This document shows, piece by piece, positions 44,976-55,599 of a DNA stretch of 64,000 bases (positions within the stretch are counted from its first letter, which is position 1; the number at the start of each line of letters is the position of its first letter). The stretch is from an uncultured Candidatus Saccharibacteria bacterium (GTDB lineage Bacteria; Patescibacteriota; Minisyncoccia; UBA6257; 2-01-FULL-56-20), in assembly GCA_964530925.1 (NCBI GenBank), contig CAZHBZ010000003.1, positions 33-64,032 on the forward strand. Direction: 5' to 3'. The position numbers were made by a program, and so were the translations under genes. The notes beneath the pieces are model-generated. The model searched no databases, had not been told where the DNA came from, and worked only from the letters and a program-made list of their open reading frames with translations.

Positions 44976-45812
44976 ATGATCAACAAGCGAACATACGCCT
45001 TTTTCTATCGAAAGGGCATGCCGGAAGCCGAGCGCTGGGTTAAAAAGATCCGTATTTGGATACGGAAAAAGCATTCCGATCTGAAGGAGGTTGGGACCAA
45101 CCCTGATTTTCTGTTCGTACTGGGAGGGGACGGAACCGTACTTCAGGCCGCGCATAAATACAGAGAAGAACCGGTAATAGTTTCCCTGAATTTGGGAAAC
45201 GTCGGTTTTCTTTCTTCGGTAAGATCATCCAGGAATTTTTTAAGCGTCCTAGAAAAGTTATTTAAGGGAGCGTATTCCGAAGAAAAGCGGATGCTCCTTT
45301 CTATCCGCGCGTATCGCAAAAATAAAAAAGTTTTTGAGACGGAGTCTCTTAACGAAGCGGCTATCCAAAATCCCTTGGGCATGGTCGAGCTGGAGGTTAA
45401 TATCGAGGATCACCCTTTTCAATATGTGCGAGGCACGGGGATATTGGTTTCTACGGCCACTGGTTCCACCGCTTTCAACTTATCCGCGCACGGACCGGTA
45501 GTCATGCCGGAAATGGAATGTATGATAATCACCGAGCTTTTGGACCATAATATCCCTACACCAAGTTTTGTGGTGACCGGGGACAAGGTGGTACGATTGA
45601 AAGTGCTGAATTTCAGGAAACACGGCCTTCTTTCCCTCACTAAAACAAAGAAACCCGTGGATGTGGTCTTGTCAGGGGACTCCAACAGTATTTTCCCGCT
45701 GGAGCCAGGAGATGTGGTAGAGATTCGTAAAGCCGAGCGTTATGTGAAATTCGCTGTTTTTGAAAAAAATTATTTCCTAAAAAGCGTTCAAGAGAAGTTT
45801 TCTTTTGGCTGA
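44976..45812 (+). CDS. nadK: NAD(+) kinase
   Basis: GGDGT, GNVGFL, LNE and TATGSTAFNLSAHGP motifs. Confidence 0.92.
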   Translation: MINKRTYAFFYRKGMPEAERWVKKIRIWIRKKHSDLKEVGTNPDFLFVLGGDGTVLQAAHKYREEPVIVSLNLGNVGFLSSVRSSRNFLSVLEKLFKGAYSEEKRMLLSIRAYRKNKKVFETESLNEAAIQNPLGMVELEVNIEDHPFQYVRGTGILVSTATGSTAFNLSAHGPVVMPEMECMIITELLDHNIPTPSFVVTGDKVVRLKVLNFRKHGLLSLTKTKKPVDVVLSGDSNSIFPLEPGDVVEIRKAERYVKFAVFEKNYFLKSVQEKFSFG

Positions 45813-45831
45813 GACCGGGATATGATAATAC

Positions 45832-46413
45832 ATGAAAATGGAAGATATTAAGATAATTTCGGACGAAAAACTTGCGGAACTTTATGCCGACGGGAATGAG
45901 TCGGCTTTTGCGGTTTTAACCGAGAGGCACCTCCCGGCGGTTTGCGGATTCGCCAGAAAGTATGTGGGCGACGCCGATAAGGCGGAAGATATCGCTCAGG
46001 AGACATTTGTTAAGGTTTGGAAGAATATCAAAACCTTTGATACCGGGCGCAATTTTCGCTCTTGGCTTTTCACCATCGCCAAAAATACCGCTTTGGACTA
46101 CTTGCGTCAGAGAGAAAATATTCCTTTTTCGTCTCTGGAAGATGAGAACGGGGAGACCACAATCGACAGATTTGTTCCCACGAGTTCCATTCCGAATGAC
46201 ATTTTGGATGAAAAACTTCTTGCCCTTCGGGCGAAGGAGGAGTTGGCTTCTATGGCGGACAAACAGCGTAAAATATTTTCATTGCGGATGGAAATGGATA
46301 TGACTTTTAAGGACATCTCAATTCTATTAAAGATGCCTTTGAATACCGTGAAGAGCGGCTACCGGCGCACTCTTTTGGCCCTTCGGAATAATCTCCGCAA
46401 GCGTTCAATTTAG
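45832..46413 (+). CDS. ECF RNA polymerase sigma factor
   Basis: AEDIAQETFVKVW, WLFTIAKNTALDYLR and PLNTVKS motifs. Confidence 0.92.
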   Translation: MKMEDIKIISDEKLAELYADGNESAFAVLTERHLPAVCGFARKYVGDADKAEDIAQETFVKVWKNIKTFDTGRNFRSWLFTIAKNTALDYLRQRENIPFSSLEDENGETTIDRFVPTSSIPNDILDEKLLALRAKEELASMADKQRKIFSLRMEMDMTFKDISILLKMPLNTVKSGYRRTLLALRNNLRKRSI

Positions 46414-46417
46414 GATC

Positions 46418-46444
46418 TGCACCAAATAAGCCGGTATGCTCGTA
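46418..46444 (+). promoter_or_regulatory. ECF-type promoter downstream of the sigma gene
   Basis: TGCACC-17-CGTA. Confidence 0.5.
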
Positions 46445-46872
46445 TGCCAAGGGTGGCGGAGAATACCGAAGAATCGGGAACAAATACAAAAAAAGGCCTT
46501 TTGGAAAGGGTTCTTGGGCGTATTAACAGCGAAAAGAATCTTTTAAGCAGTAAAAAACGTGCTATTTATTTTTCGCTGTTTTTGCTCGCGGGGTGTTCGG
46601 TATTAATATTCGCGCTTTTTTCTCTAAAGCATTCGGTTTTTATGTCCGGGATGGATTCCTTGCCGTATTTTCTCTACAATCCGCATTCTGCAATTTTCGC
46701 CGCTAAAGAAACCTTGTTCTTCATGTTGGAAGGGCTGCCGGCCGGGTCTTTGGCGATCATGTTCCTTTCCGCGGCTTTGATATTGATATTTTTAAAATAT
46801 GTTTCCAAAAATCTTCATGATTCTGTTTTTTGGTCGGAAAAAATAAAAAAATACAAAGATGGAAGAGAATAA
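46444..46872 (+). CDS. putative membrane anti-sigma factor (start uncertain)
   Basis: LLERVLGRI then two TM helices; follows the ECF sigma gene. Confidence 0.6.
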   Translation: MPRVAENTEESGTNTKKGLLERVLGRINSEKNLLSSKKRAIYFSLFLLAGCSVLIFALFSLKHSVFMSGMDSLPYFLYNPHSAIFAAKETLFFMLEGLPAGSLAIMFLSAALILIFLKYVSKNLHDSVFWSEKIKKYKDGRE

Positions 46873-47329
46873 TTTTTTCAATTCAAGGCGTTTTACGAAA
46901 ATAGTTCTTGCGTTCGTTGCGCTCGGCTTCATATTCGGCGCTTTCCGCATTGGAGAGATTGTCGGAGCCAAGAAGGCGTCCTTTTCGTACAAGTGGGGCG
47001 AAAACTATTACAGGAGCTTCGCCGGACCAAGCCCGCGCATGTTCGACACCGACGCGCGCTACTTTATCTCCGCGCACGGTGTTGCCGGAAAGATAGTCGG
47101 CATTTCAAGCTCGAGCATTATCTTAACCGATAGGGATAACTTGGAGAGGGAAATAGTAATCGACAAAGCGACCGAATTTTTTATGTTTCGAAACAGAGTT
47201 TTGCTTTCCGATCTTAAAATCGACGACGAAGCGGCGATTATCGGTTCTCCGGAGGACTCAGGCATGATCCGAGCCAAGCTTATTAGACTTTTGCCGCCAA
47301 CTTCAGGTTTTATAAAAATTAAAAATTAG
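46859..47329 (+). CDS. membrane-anchored OB-fold (DUF5666-like) protein
   Basis: TM helix; HGVAGKI...DLKIDD...IG...IRAKLIRL. Confidence 0.65.
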   Translation: MEENNFFNSRRFTKIVLAFVALGFIFGAFRIGEIVGAKKASFSYKWGENYYRSFAGPSPRMFDTDARYFISAHGVAGKIVGISSSSIILTDRDNLEREIVIDKATEFFMFRNRVLLSDLKIDDEAAIIGSPEDSGMIRAKLIRLLPPTSGFIKIKN

Positions 47330-47342
47330 ATAAATTCATTCG

Positions 47343-49154
47343 ATGAAAAAAAATTTGCAAAAGGCAAGGGTTTGGATGTCGGCTCATAAAATAAAAACTG
47401 TGGTTTTGGTCGCGGTAGCCCTATCCGGCGGCTACTACGCTTACGGAAAATTGAATCCTGAGATTGCTATCCCGCGCTATCTGGTCGCGGAGGCCGCAAA
47501 AACAACCGTCATTTCCTCGATCACCGGGACCGGACAAATTTCTGCCGCAAACCAATTCGATATCAAGCCGAAGGTTTCGGGTGATGTTATCTATTTACCC
47601 GTTTTGGAGGGCCAGTCCGTCAAGGCCGGCGAGCTAATTTTACAGATAGACTCAACGAATGCAGCGAAGGCGGTCAGAGATGCGAAGGCGTCTTTGGACA
47701 GCGCCAGGATCGCTTTGGAAAAATTGAAACAGCCGGCGGACGCCCTCTCTCTTTTGCAGGCGGAAAACGCGCTGACCCAAGCCGAACAGAACAAGCAAAA
47801 CGCGATAACCGATCTCGCGAAAGCTTACGACGACGGTTTCAGCGCCGTTTCCAATACATTTTTGGATTTGCCGGGCGTGATGACCGGATTGGATAGTGTT
47901 TTAAACGGTTATGTCGTCCGCCCAAGCCAGAGCAACGTGTACGCCTATTACGATATGGTCCGAAACCTAAAACCGAACGCCGATCAATTTCGGGATTCGG
48001 CGATAAATAGTTTCACGAAAGCAAAAGCGGCATATGATGCCAACTTTGACGATTATAAAGCCGCAAGCCGTTATTCCGATAAAGCGGTCATCGACTCGCT
48101 TATTAATGAATCTTACGAAACCGCCAAGCTTATTTCCGAGGCTGTCAAGAACGCGAAAAACTTTTTGGATTTGGTAAACGAGGCGCTATCGAATAGCGCT
48201 AGCGGAATAAAGCCGCCGAGTATTCTTACCACGCATCAAACAACTTTACAGACTTATACCGGAACGGTTAATGCCGATTTTTCCAACCTTCTGAGCGCAA
48301 AAGACAATATCAAGGGCGACAAGGATGCAATGACCAATGCTGACCTTGCGATTTCCGAAAAAACAGAAAGTTTGGCGAAATTAAAAGCGGGTACCGATCC
48401 GTTGGATCTAAAGTCGCAGGAACTCGCGGTAACCCAGCGCGAGAACGCGCTTTTGGATGCGAAGGAAGAACTTTCGAACTATTACCTCCGCGCGCCATTT
48501 GACGGGGTGTTGGCGGATATAGCCGTCAAAAAAGGAGATACGGTTTCGCCGTCCACTGCCGCGGCGACAATAATAACTCCAACCAGGATAGCGGAGGTAA
48601 CGCTAAACGAGGTGGATGTGGCTAAGGTCAAGGCAGATCAAAAAGCGACTCTGACTTTTGACGCCTTTCCGGAGCTGACGCTTATCGGCAGGGTTGCTCA
48701 GGTGGATGCGATAGGAACCGTAAGCCAAGGAGTTGTTAACTATGCCGTCAAAATATCTTTCGAAGCGCCGGATGATAAAGTAAAACCCGGGATGAGTGTT
48801 TCCGCGTCAATAATCACCGAAGTTAAAACGGATGTATTCGCGGTTCCGAATTCGGCCATAAAAACTCAGGGTTTGGGCAAATATGTGGAAATATTGCCGA
48901 ACGTGGACTCCTCTGCGTTTGTGGATTCACAAAATGGACAGGCTACTTTATCTTCGGGCGCGACCTTGGAGCGGCGAACCGTTTCGACGGGAGTGGAGGG
49001 TGATTCGCATACCGAAATCATCGAAGGTTTAAGCGGGGGAGAGGCTGTGGTGGTGAGAACGGTTTCCGCGTCGGCAAATTCGCAAACCGCGCAAACTACC
49101 GGCAATAACGCTATCGGAGGAATTCGAATGCCCGTTATGACGGGTGGAAGGTAA
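47343..49154 (+). CDS. MacA-like efflux adaptor with a long coiled coil
   Basis: GTGQI, VSG, APFDG, LNEVDV and KPGMSV motifs. Confidence 0.85.
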   Translation: MKKNLQKARVWMSAHKIKTVVLVAVALSGGYYAYGKLNPEIAIPRYLVAEAAKTTVISSITGTGQISAANQFDIKPKVSGDVIYLPVLEGQSVKAGELILQIDSTNAAKAVRDAKASLDSARIALEKLKQPADALSLLQAENALTQAEQNKQNAITDLAKAYDDGFSAVSNTFLDLPGVMTGLDSVLNGYVVRPSQSNVYAYYDMVRNLKPNADQFRDSAINSFTKAKAAYDANFDDYKAASRYSDKAVIDSLINESYETAKLISEAVKNAKNFLDLVNEALSNSASGIKPPSILTTHQTTLQTYTGTVNADFSNLLSAKDNIKGDKDAMTNADLAISEKTESLAKLKAGTDPLDLKSQELAVTQRENALLDAKEELSNYYLRAPFDGVLADIAVKKGDTVSPSTAAATIITPTRIAEVTLNEVDVAKVKADQKATLTFDAFPELTLIGRVAQVDAIGTVSQGVVNYAVKISFEAPDDKVKPGMSVSASIITEVKTDVFAVPNSAIKTQGLGKYVEILPNVDSSAFVDSQNGQATLSSGATLERRTVSTGVEGDSHTEIIEGLSGGEAVVVRTVSASANSQTAQTTGNNAIGGIRMPVMTGGR

Positions 49155-49160
49155 AAAAAC

Positions 49161-49874
49161 ATGATTCAATGCAAAGACGTATATAAAACTTATTTCAACA
49201 ACGGCGTGGAAACACCGGTGCTGTTCGGAATTAACTTTGAAATCAAAGACGGAGAATTTGTGGCCATCATGGGGCCGTCCGGTTCCGGAAAATCCACGCT
49301 CATGCATATTTTGGGAGCCTTGGATACCCCGACTTCGGGAGAGTATTTTTTGGGCGGCAAAGATGTTTCCAAACTTAGCGATGACGAATTGGCGGGCATA
49401 AGAAATAGCAAGATAGGTTTCGTGTTCCAATCCTTCAATCTTCTCTCTAGGGCGACTGTTTTGCGCAATGTGATGTTGCCGCTCGTGTACGCGGATGTTT
49501 CAAAAGAGCATCGCAAGAAAGCCGCGGAAAAAGCTCTTGAAGCGGCAGGTCTCTCGAGCGACAGATGGGAGCATCTTTCAAATCAGCTTTCGGGCGGACA
49601 AATGCAGCGTGTAGCCATCGCGAGGGCTTTGGTCAATAAACCTTCGCTCATCCTTGCGGACGAACCGACCGGAAATCTGGATACCAAAACCGGAGAAATA
49701 GTCTTGGGCACATTTCAGGAGCTGAACCGCAAGCATGCGCACACCATCGTGCTTATTACTCACGAACCGTATGTAGCCGAACATGCCGACAGAATAATCC
49801 ATATTCAAGACGGAAAAATTTTGGAGGACAAGAAGAATCATCAAAAACGCGTGGTTGCGCACATACATCCATGA
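49161..49874 (+). CDS. MacB/LolD-type ABC ATPase
   Basis: [13 protein letters not shown] and ADEPTGNLD motifs. Confidence 0.93.
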   Translation: MIQCKDVYKTYFNNGVETPVLFGINFEIKDGEFVAIMGPSGSGKSTLMHILGALDTPTSGEYFLGGKDVSKLSDDELAGIRNSKIGFVFQSFNLLSRATVLRNVMLPLVYADVSKEHRKKAAEKALEAAGLSSDRWEHLSNQLSGGQMQRVAIARALVNKPSLILADEPTGNLDTKTGEIVLGTFQELNRKHAHTIVLITHEPYVAEHADRIIHIQDGKILEDKKNHQKRVVAHIHP

Positions 49875-51094
49875 AACTAGCCGATATTTTTGAAGAGACA
49901 TATTTTTCACTCGCCTCCAACAAGGTGCGAACCTCGCTTACAATGCTCGGTATTATTATTGGCATTGGCTCGGTTATCGGCATGATCTCCATCGGCCAGG
50001 GCGCGCAAGGAAGCATTGAATCCAGTATTCAATCTATCGGTTCCAACTTAATTTTAATAACCCCCGGCGCCCAAAGAGGTCCCGGAGTTCAGATAAGTTC
50101 CGGGCGGGGCAGCGCCACGAGCCTAAAGCAGGAGGACGCGGAAGCGATAGCCAAAGAGATTTCTTTGGCTCAAGCGGTTGCGCCGGAAATTTCTCGCCGC
50201 TATCAGATAACCGCGCCGGGAACAAACACCAATACCCAGGTTGTCGGAACGGTTTCGGAATATCCGGCGGTGCGCAACATTGAAATAGAAGAAGGGGATT
50301 TTATATCCGCTCAAAACGTGAATAGTATTTCGCGGGTCGCCGTTCTGGGGCCGACCACGCGTGATGATCTTTTTGGCGAAGGAGCGGGCGCGATCGGACA
50401 AAGTATCCGCATAAATAAAGTTGATTTTAAAGTGATCGGGATAACGAAATCAAAAGGCGGGAGCGGGTTTGGAAGCCAGGATGATATGATCTACGTTCCG
50501 ATTTCGACCGCGCAGCGGTTTTTGGCGGGAGATACTTACGTGACCACAATAAGCGTTCAGGCCGCAGGCGCGGAAACAATGACCGAATTGCAAACTGAGG
50601 TTACTAATCTGCTTTTGGACAGGCACAAAATTTCCGACCCGACTCTGGCCGATTTTAGTGTGATGAATCAGGCGGATATTGTGGCTACGGCTTCTTCGGT
50701 CACCGGGACTTTCACCATACTTTTGGGAGCGATAGCCGGCATATCTCTTTTGGTTGGGGGCATAGGAATAATGAATATGATGCTCACAACCGTGACCGAA
50801 CGCACCCGGGAGATCGGGCTCAGGAAGGCAATCGGGGCGAAGCGCGCAAACATAAGCACGCAGTTTTTGGCCGAGGCCGTGATGCTTACATTCTCCGGCG
50901 GAATAATCGGGCTTATCTTTGGCTGGCTTATATCCCTTGCGGTGACGCAATTCGCGGGTATCGCGACGAGCGTTTCTCTTTCTTCGGTGCTCCTGGCTTT
51001 CGGAGTGTCTGCCGGCATTGGAGTTGTTTTTGGTTACTATCCTGCGCGCCGCGCTTCGGGTCTGAACCCCATCGAAGCGTTGCGCTATGAATAA
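49871..51094 (+). CDS. MacB-type ABC permease
   Basis: LTMLGIIIG, VGGIGIMN, ERTREIG and PIEALRYE motifs. Confidence 0.93.
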   Translation: MKLADIFEETYFSLASNKVRTSLTMLGIIIGIGSVIGMISIGQGAQGSIESSIQSIGSNLILITPGAQRGPGVQISSGRGSATSLKQEDAEAIAKEISLAQAVAPEISRRYQITAPGTNTNTQVVGTVSEYPAVRNIEIEEGDFISAQNVNSISRVAVLGPTTRDDLFGEGAGAIGQSIRINKVDFKVIGITKSKGGSGFGSQDDMIYVPISTAQRFLAGDTYVTTISVQAAGAETMTELQTEVTNLLLDRHKISDPTLADFSVMNQADIVATASSVTGTFTILLGAIAGISLLVGGIGIMNMMLTTVTERTREIGLRKAIGAKRANISTQFLAEAVMLTFSGGIIGLIFGWLISLAVTQFAGIATSVSLSSVLLAFGVSAGIGVVFGYYPARRASGLNPIEALRYE

Positions 51095-51113
51095 AACAAA
51101 GGGGTAAATAAAA

Positions 51114-51539
51114 ATGAAAAAAGATAAATTAATAATGATCGGTAGTGGAGCTTTGCTTCTTGTTTTAACGTTCTACGGGGGCGTTAGTTATGGAAAGAGT
51201 TCGAGCGGGATTAAAATTCCGGGGGAAGGCCAATTTTTTAATCGCGATCTTGGAGGCCAAATTCCGAATGGGGGGATAATGCGAGGCGGTCAGGTTGGAG
51301 GATTCACCGGCGGGGAAGTGACCTCTGTTGATGGGAATGGTTTTACCGTTAAATTGAGAGATGGAAGTTCGAAGATAGTTTTTCTGTCCGGAGCGACCGA
51401 GATATTGAAATTTGCGACAGGAACAGTGACCGATATTCAGGTCGGCGAGCAAGCGACCGTTTCCGGGTCGGCGAATAGCGATGGAAGTATAACCGCGAAG
51501 TCGGTTCAGCTCCGTCCGCAGATTATGAAAATAAATTGA
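51114..51539 (+). CDS. DUF5666-like membrane-anchored protein
   Basis: FYGGVSYG; GEV...DGSSKIV...DGSITAKSVQ. Confidence 0.7.
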   Translation: MKKDKLIMIGSGALLLVLTFYGGVSYGKSSSGIKIPGEGQFFNRDLGGQIPNGGIMRGGQVGGFTGGEVTSVDGNGFTVKLRDGSSKIVFLSGATEILKFATGTVTDIQVGEQATVSGSANSDGSITAKSVQLRPQIMKIN

Positions 51540-51557
51540 TTTTGGTAGAATAGTTCA

Positions 51558-51947
51558 ATGACTAAAAAATATATATTAATAGGGGCGCTTGTCTTGGCGG
51601 CCGTGGTTCTAGGAATAAACCTTCTCTCGGCTCCTGGAATTTCAAATCCTCCGACCGATAAGCCGGCGGACAATTCTTCGGCCGCGGAGAGCCAGCCGGA
51701 CGGCGCAAAAAAATTAACAATGGCGGATGTGGCGGCGCGCGCGACTGCCGCAAGCTGTTATTCTGTTGTAAGCGGACGTGTTTACGATCTTACTTCCTGG
51801 ATAAGCAAACATCCGGGCGGGGAAAAAGCGATACTCGGAATTTGCGGAAAGGACGGTACAAGCGCTTTTACGGGTAAACATGGCGGCCAGGAGGGGCCAG
51901 AGACTGCGCTTGGTGGATTTTTGATTGGGACACTGCTCGTTGAATAA
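51558..51947 (+). CDS. cytochrome b5-like heme/steroid-binding protein
   Basis: VYDLTSW..HPGG...CGKDGT..F...H. Confidence 0.88.
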   Translation: MTKKYILIGALVLAAVVLGINLLSAPGISNPPTDKPADNSSAAESQPDGAKKLTMADVAARATAASCYSVVSGRVYDLTSWISKHPGGEKAILGICGKDGTSAFTGKHGGQEGPETALGGFLIGTLLVE

Positions 51948-52026
51948 TAATTTAAAAAAACAGCCCGCAGCGGGCTGTTTTTTTGGCAATCGCTCAATAT
52001 GAGTTGAAATTTGCTAGAATTAAGTC

Positions 52027-53238
52027 ATGAAGAAATTAATTGCAATCGGATTTTCGTGGTTCTTCGTGTTTTCCGTTTTTGGCGCGCCAAAGGCAGGCGC
52101 GTTTATCTATGCTCCCTGCTGTCTTTCCGCGACGGCGATAAGTCAAACCGAGATAAATTTAAGCTGGGTAGCTATTTCTGCCGATCCGGTCGCGACCGGA
52201 TATACCCTGGAGAGAGAATCTCCGATTGGCGGGGGTTTTACGCAAGTTTTTTCGAATTCAAACGTAACTTCCTACAAAGATACTTCTTTGTCTCCGGGCG
52301 TCACCTATAATTATCGCGTTTCCGCGGTAAACGCGGATGGGACGGGCCCGGCATCAACACCTGCCGCTGCCACAACGCATTCGGCCGCGGCGAGAACCCT
52401 TCCCGGCCGGCCCTCCGATTTAAAGGCGGTTGCAAGTAGCGCATCCGAGATTACGATTTCCTGGACTGCCGCGGCAGACACCGTAAGTATCACCGGATAT
52501 CGGATCGAACGGGAAGCTCCATATGGCAGCGGTTTTGTAACCCTCGTCGCGAATACAAGTTCTTCGGCCACAAACTACACCGACGGCAATTTATCTCCCG
52601 GAGTTGCCTATAACTATCGGGTTACCGCGATGAATCAATATGGCATCGGATTGCCATCCATTCCCGCGGATGCCACCGTGCCAACCAAGCCGGATGCACC
52701 CCGAAACATTAAAGTGATTCCTGGTGATGGGAAGCTTTTGGTAAGCTGGGATAAGCCACTTTTTTTGGGCGGAGGTATCGTCGGATATAATGTTGGAGCT
52801 CTCGAAACTGATTTGACTCCCATAAGAAATGTTCAAGGTGAGAATACATCCACTACACTCGAACTTTTGGCCAATGGGACTTTCTATACCGTTTGGGTGA
52901 GGGCTTATAACCTGGCGGGGGAGGGGCCCATGCTTTTGGCTTCGCCGATAGCGCCAGTCAAATCGACTGCTCCAGTGAATCCGGACATTGGAAGGGCGCC
53001 TGCAGTGATTGTTTCTAGCTTAAAATTTACAACCCCGCTTTATCGAGGGATAAGAACCAGTGCGGTGGTGGAACTGCAAAAAATATTGATAGCTAAAAAT
53101 TTTCTTGTTTCCGAACCGACCGGATATTTTGGCGCGCTTACGGAAGCCGCTGTTAAAAAATATCAGGCGTCGAAAGGGATAGAGCAAACCGGAACCGTCG
53201 GGCCCATAACTAGAGCGGCCCTGAACGCCGGGAAATAA
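52027..53238 (+). CDS. secreted protein with three FN3 domains and a peptidoglycan-binding domain
   Basis: Repeated LSW...Y..ER...LSPG..YNYRV; TGYFGALTEAAVKKYQ. Confidence 0.88.
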   Translation: MKKLIAIGFSWFFVFSVFGAPKAGAFIYAPCCLSATAISQTEINLSWVAISADPVATGYTLERESPIGGGFTQVFSNSNVTSYKDTSLSPGVTYNYRVSAVNADGTGPASTPAAATTHSAAARTLPGRPSDLKAVASSASEITISWTAAADTVSITGYRIEREAPYGSGFVTLVANTSSSATNYTDGNLSPGVAYNYRVTAMNQYGIGLPSIPADATVPTKPDAPRNIKVIPGDGKLLVSWDKPLFLGGGIVGYNVGALETDLTPIRNVQGENTSTTLELLANGTFYTVWVRAYNLAGEGPMLLASPIAPVKSTAPVNPDIGRAPAVIVSSLKFTTPLYRGIRTSAVVELQKILIAKNFLVSEPTGYFGALTEAAVKKYQASKGIEQTGTVGPITRAALNAGK

Positions 53239-53245
53239 ACGAGGG

Positions 53246-54142
53246 TTAATATTGCGGAGCGTTTATCGGCTGAACTACAACGATCGAAAATGATTTGGTT
53301 ATGTTTTCGTTTCCGGAGGTGAGGGATACTTTAAAGTCATATTTTCCCGGCACGGTCGGGATGCCAACGAAAGTAAAATCTCCGCGGCAGACCAAGTCGG
53401 CGCAAAATGGCTGAAGAACCCTGATCCCGCGCGGAAGGTTTCCTTCGGATATTTTCCAAACATAGCTCCTGGAACCTCCGGTTGCCGATATTTTCGCGTT
53501 ATAAACGGTTTTTGCGACCACTTGAGGCAAGGAATCGGTGGTTAGAGAAAGGGCTGGAGACGGAATTAAGTCAAATGGAATCACATTGCTTCTGCCGTTG
53601 TTATTTGCCACCAAAAGCTCATGTCTTCCGAGTTTCATATCTTCTCCGACGCATTTCTTTTGACGTTGATCGCATGGCGCTATCGGCAGTCCGAAGGAAA
53701 TGGTCAAACCGTCTTTAGAAGGAATCCCCACTGCGGCATAAGGAACGCCGTCGATAAATACGCTATTATTTTTTTTAGTGAAGCCAGTTCCAGTTATGGT
53801 TATTTTGGTTCCGGCCGCTCCCGAGCCAGGATAGACATGTGAAATTATGGGGATCGCGTCCGTGGCCGTCGCATTCTTAACTTTTATTTCGGTGATGCCG
53901 TCAAAGATATTTTTTATATCGTCAAAAACTCCTTTAATGCCGATATTGGCATTTATTTGGAATGGTAGCTTTACGGTCAGTGGGCTTCCGTTTCTGTCGC
54001 GAATAAGAAGTTCGCCCTCCTGGAGATTTATTTGGGTTATTATGCCGTCAACAGTTTTAAGCGATGCCGCCCGAATTGGCGTCGGCGCTACGGATAGTCC
54101 GAAAAACGCTATAAATACTAGAAATAGAATTGATTTGTTCAT
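53246..54142 (-). CDS. secreted IPT/TIG plus Ig-like domain protein
   Basis: Signal peptide; PGSG..GT.ITITGTGF; ATGG..Y.W....G.LP.G. Confidence 0.75.
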   Translation of the reverse strand: MNKSILFLVFIAFFGLSVAPTPIRAASLKTVDGIITQINLQEGELLIRDRNGSPLTVKLPFQINANIGIKGVFDDIKNIFDGITEIKVKNATATDAIPIISHVYPGSGAAGTKITITGTGFTKKNNSVFIDGVPYAAVGIPSKDGLTISFGLPIAPCDQRQKKCVGEDMKLGRHELLVANNNGRSNVIPFDLIPSPALSLTTDSLPQVVAKTVYNAKISATGGSRSYVWKISEGNLPRGIRVLQPFCADLVCRGDFTFVGIPTVPGKYDFKVSLTSGNENITKSFSIVVVQPINAPQY

Positions 54143-54261
54143 GCTCAAAATATAACACTTTAATCTTTTCCCTCGCAAAATATTATCTATTTGAAGCGCC
54201 TACGTTTTGATTTCCATCACATCCTTTGTATTCTGGCAAATACATGCTATAGTGCTCGCAT

Positions 54262-55542
54262 ATGAACGAAGATAAGGGTTTTTATGGCCTGGGGATAGCC
54301 CCGGGAATATTGGAGATAATCGCCAAAATTGGTTTTAAGAAGCCTACTCCCATACAAGAGCAGGCTATTCCTATTGCGGTCGAAGGCAAGGACGTTATGG
54401 GTATCGCTCAGACCGGCACCGGCAAAACTCTAGCCTTTGGCATCCCTGTCGCTCAACGAATCATGCAAGGAGGAGGGCCAGCCTTGGTCATCGTCCCCAC
54501 AAGAGAACTTGCTATTCAGGTCGCCGAATCGCTTGAAACCGTGTGTCTCCCGCTTGGAATCCATACCGCTACTCTTATCGGGGGCGAGCCTATCAGTAAG
54601 CAGTTCAGGCAGTTATCCCGCCGGCCGCAGATAATTATCGGCACTCCCGGAAGGATAATAGACCACATGGAACAGAAAAGCGTGAACTTTTCGAAAACAA
54701 AGATTTTGGTCTTAGACGAAGCGGACAGGATGCTGGATATGGGTTTCGCTCCGCAGCTTCGGCGCATTAAGGCCGAAGTTCCGGAGGATAGGCAAACACT
54801 TTTCTTTTCCGCGACCATGCCGGAAGAGATTGTGAGTCTTGCCAAGGCTTACCTCAAACTTCCGATACGTGTTGAGATAGCGAAGGCCGGAACGGCGGCA
54901 AAAAATGTTTCCCAGGAATTATTTTTTGTCTCCCAGGAAACAAAGCCTTGGCTTTTGGAAAAACTTTTGGGTGAATACCGGGGTTCGGTTCTTATCTTCG
55001 CGAGACTTAAATACGGCGCTAAAAGGATTGCCGCGCACATTCGCGCCATGGGCCACACTGCCGCCGAAATCCATTCCAATAGGTCTCTCGCGCAGCGAAA
55101 AGAGGCTCTCGAAGGATTTAAAAATGGAAAATATCGCATTCTCGTTGCCACGGATATAGCCGCGCGCGGTATTGATGTGAACCATATTGAATTGGTAATA
55201 AATTATGATTTGCCGGATAACGCGGAAGACTACGTCCATCGTATCGGCCGCACCGGACGCGCGGGACTGAGCGGACACGCAATATCTTTCGCGAGACCAA
55301 ACGAGCGCAACGATGTTTACGCGATAGAAAGGCTCATTCGTTCCGCTTTGCCAGTTTCCAAACTGCCGATACTTTCCGGCTCTACAACTCCTATTCCGCG
55401 CGAAGAAAGAGAATTTAGACCCTCGCGCGGACCCTCCAGGTCTTTTGGATCTCGCGGACCGACAAGGAGGGGAGCGCCGGCGCGAAGAACTTCCGGTTTT
55501 GGGAGAAGCGCGCGACCGGGTAGCAGAAGGCCACATCGATAA
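54262..55542 (+). CDS. DEAD-box RNA helicase, RhlE-like
   Basis: AQTGTGKT, PTRELA, DEAD, SAT and HRIGRTGRAG motifs. Confidence 0.95.
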   Translation: MNEDKGFYGLGIAPGILEIIAKIGFKKPTPIQEQAIPIAVEGKDVMGIAQTGTGKTLAFGIPVAQRIMQGGGPALVIVPTRELAIQVAESLETVCLPLGIHTATLIGGEPISKQFRQLSRRPQIIIGTPGRIIDHMEQKSVNFSKTKILVLDEADRMLDMGFAPQLRRIKAEVPEDRQTLFFSATMPEEIVSLAKAYLKLPIRVEIAKAGTAAKNVSQELFFVSQETKPWLLEKLLGEYRGSVLIFARLKYGAKRIAAHIRAMGHTAAEIHSNRSLAQRKEALEGFKNGKYRILVATDIAARGIDVNHIELVINYDLPDNAEDYVHRIGRTGRAGLSGHAISFARPNERNDVYAIERLIRSALPVSKLPILSGSTTPIPREEREFRPSRGPSRSFGSRGPTRRGAPARRTSGFGRSARPGSRRPHR

Positions 55543-55599
55543 AACATAGGCAAACCCGGACAGTTCATGGACTGCCCGGGTTTTTTGTTATCTTATATA

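Noticed and set aside
52300-52640. Repeated DNA (TCTCC.GG.GT..CCTATAA.TATCG.GTT) in the FN3 gene
   Set aside because: Explained by tandem FN3 domain duplication.
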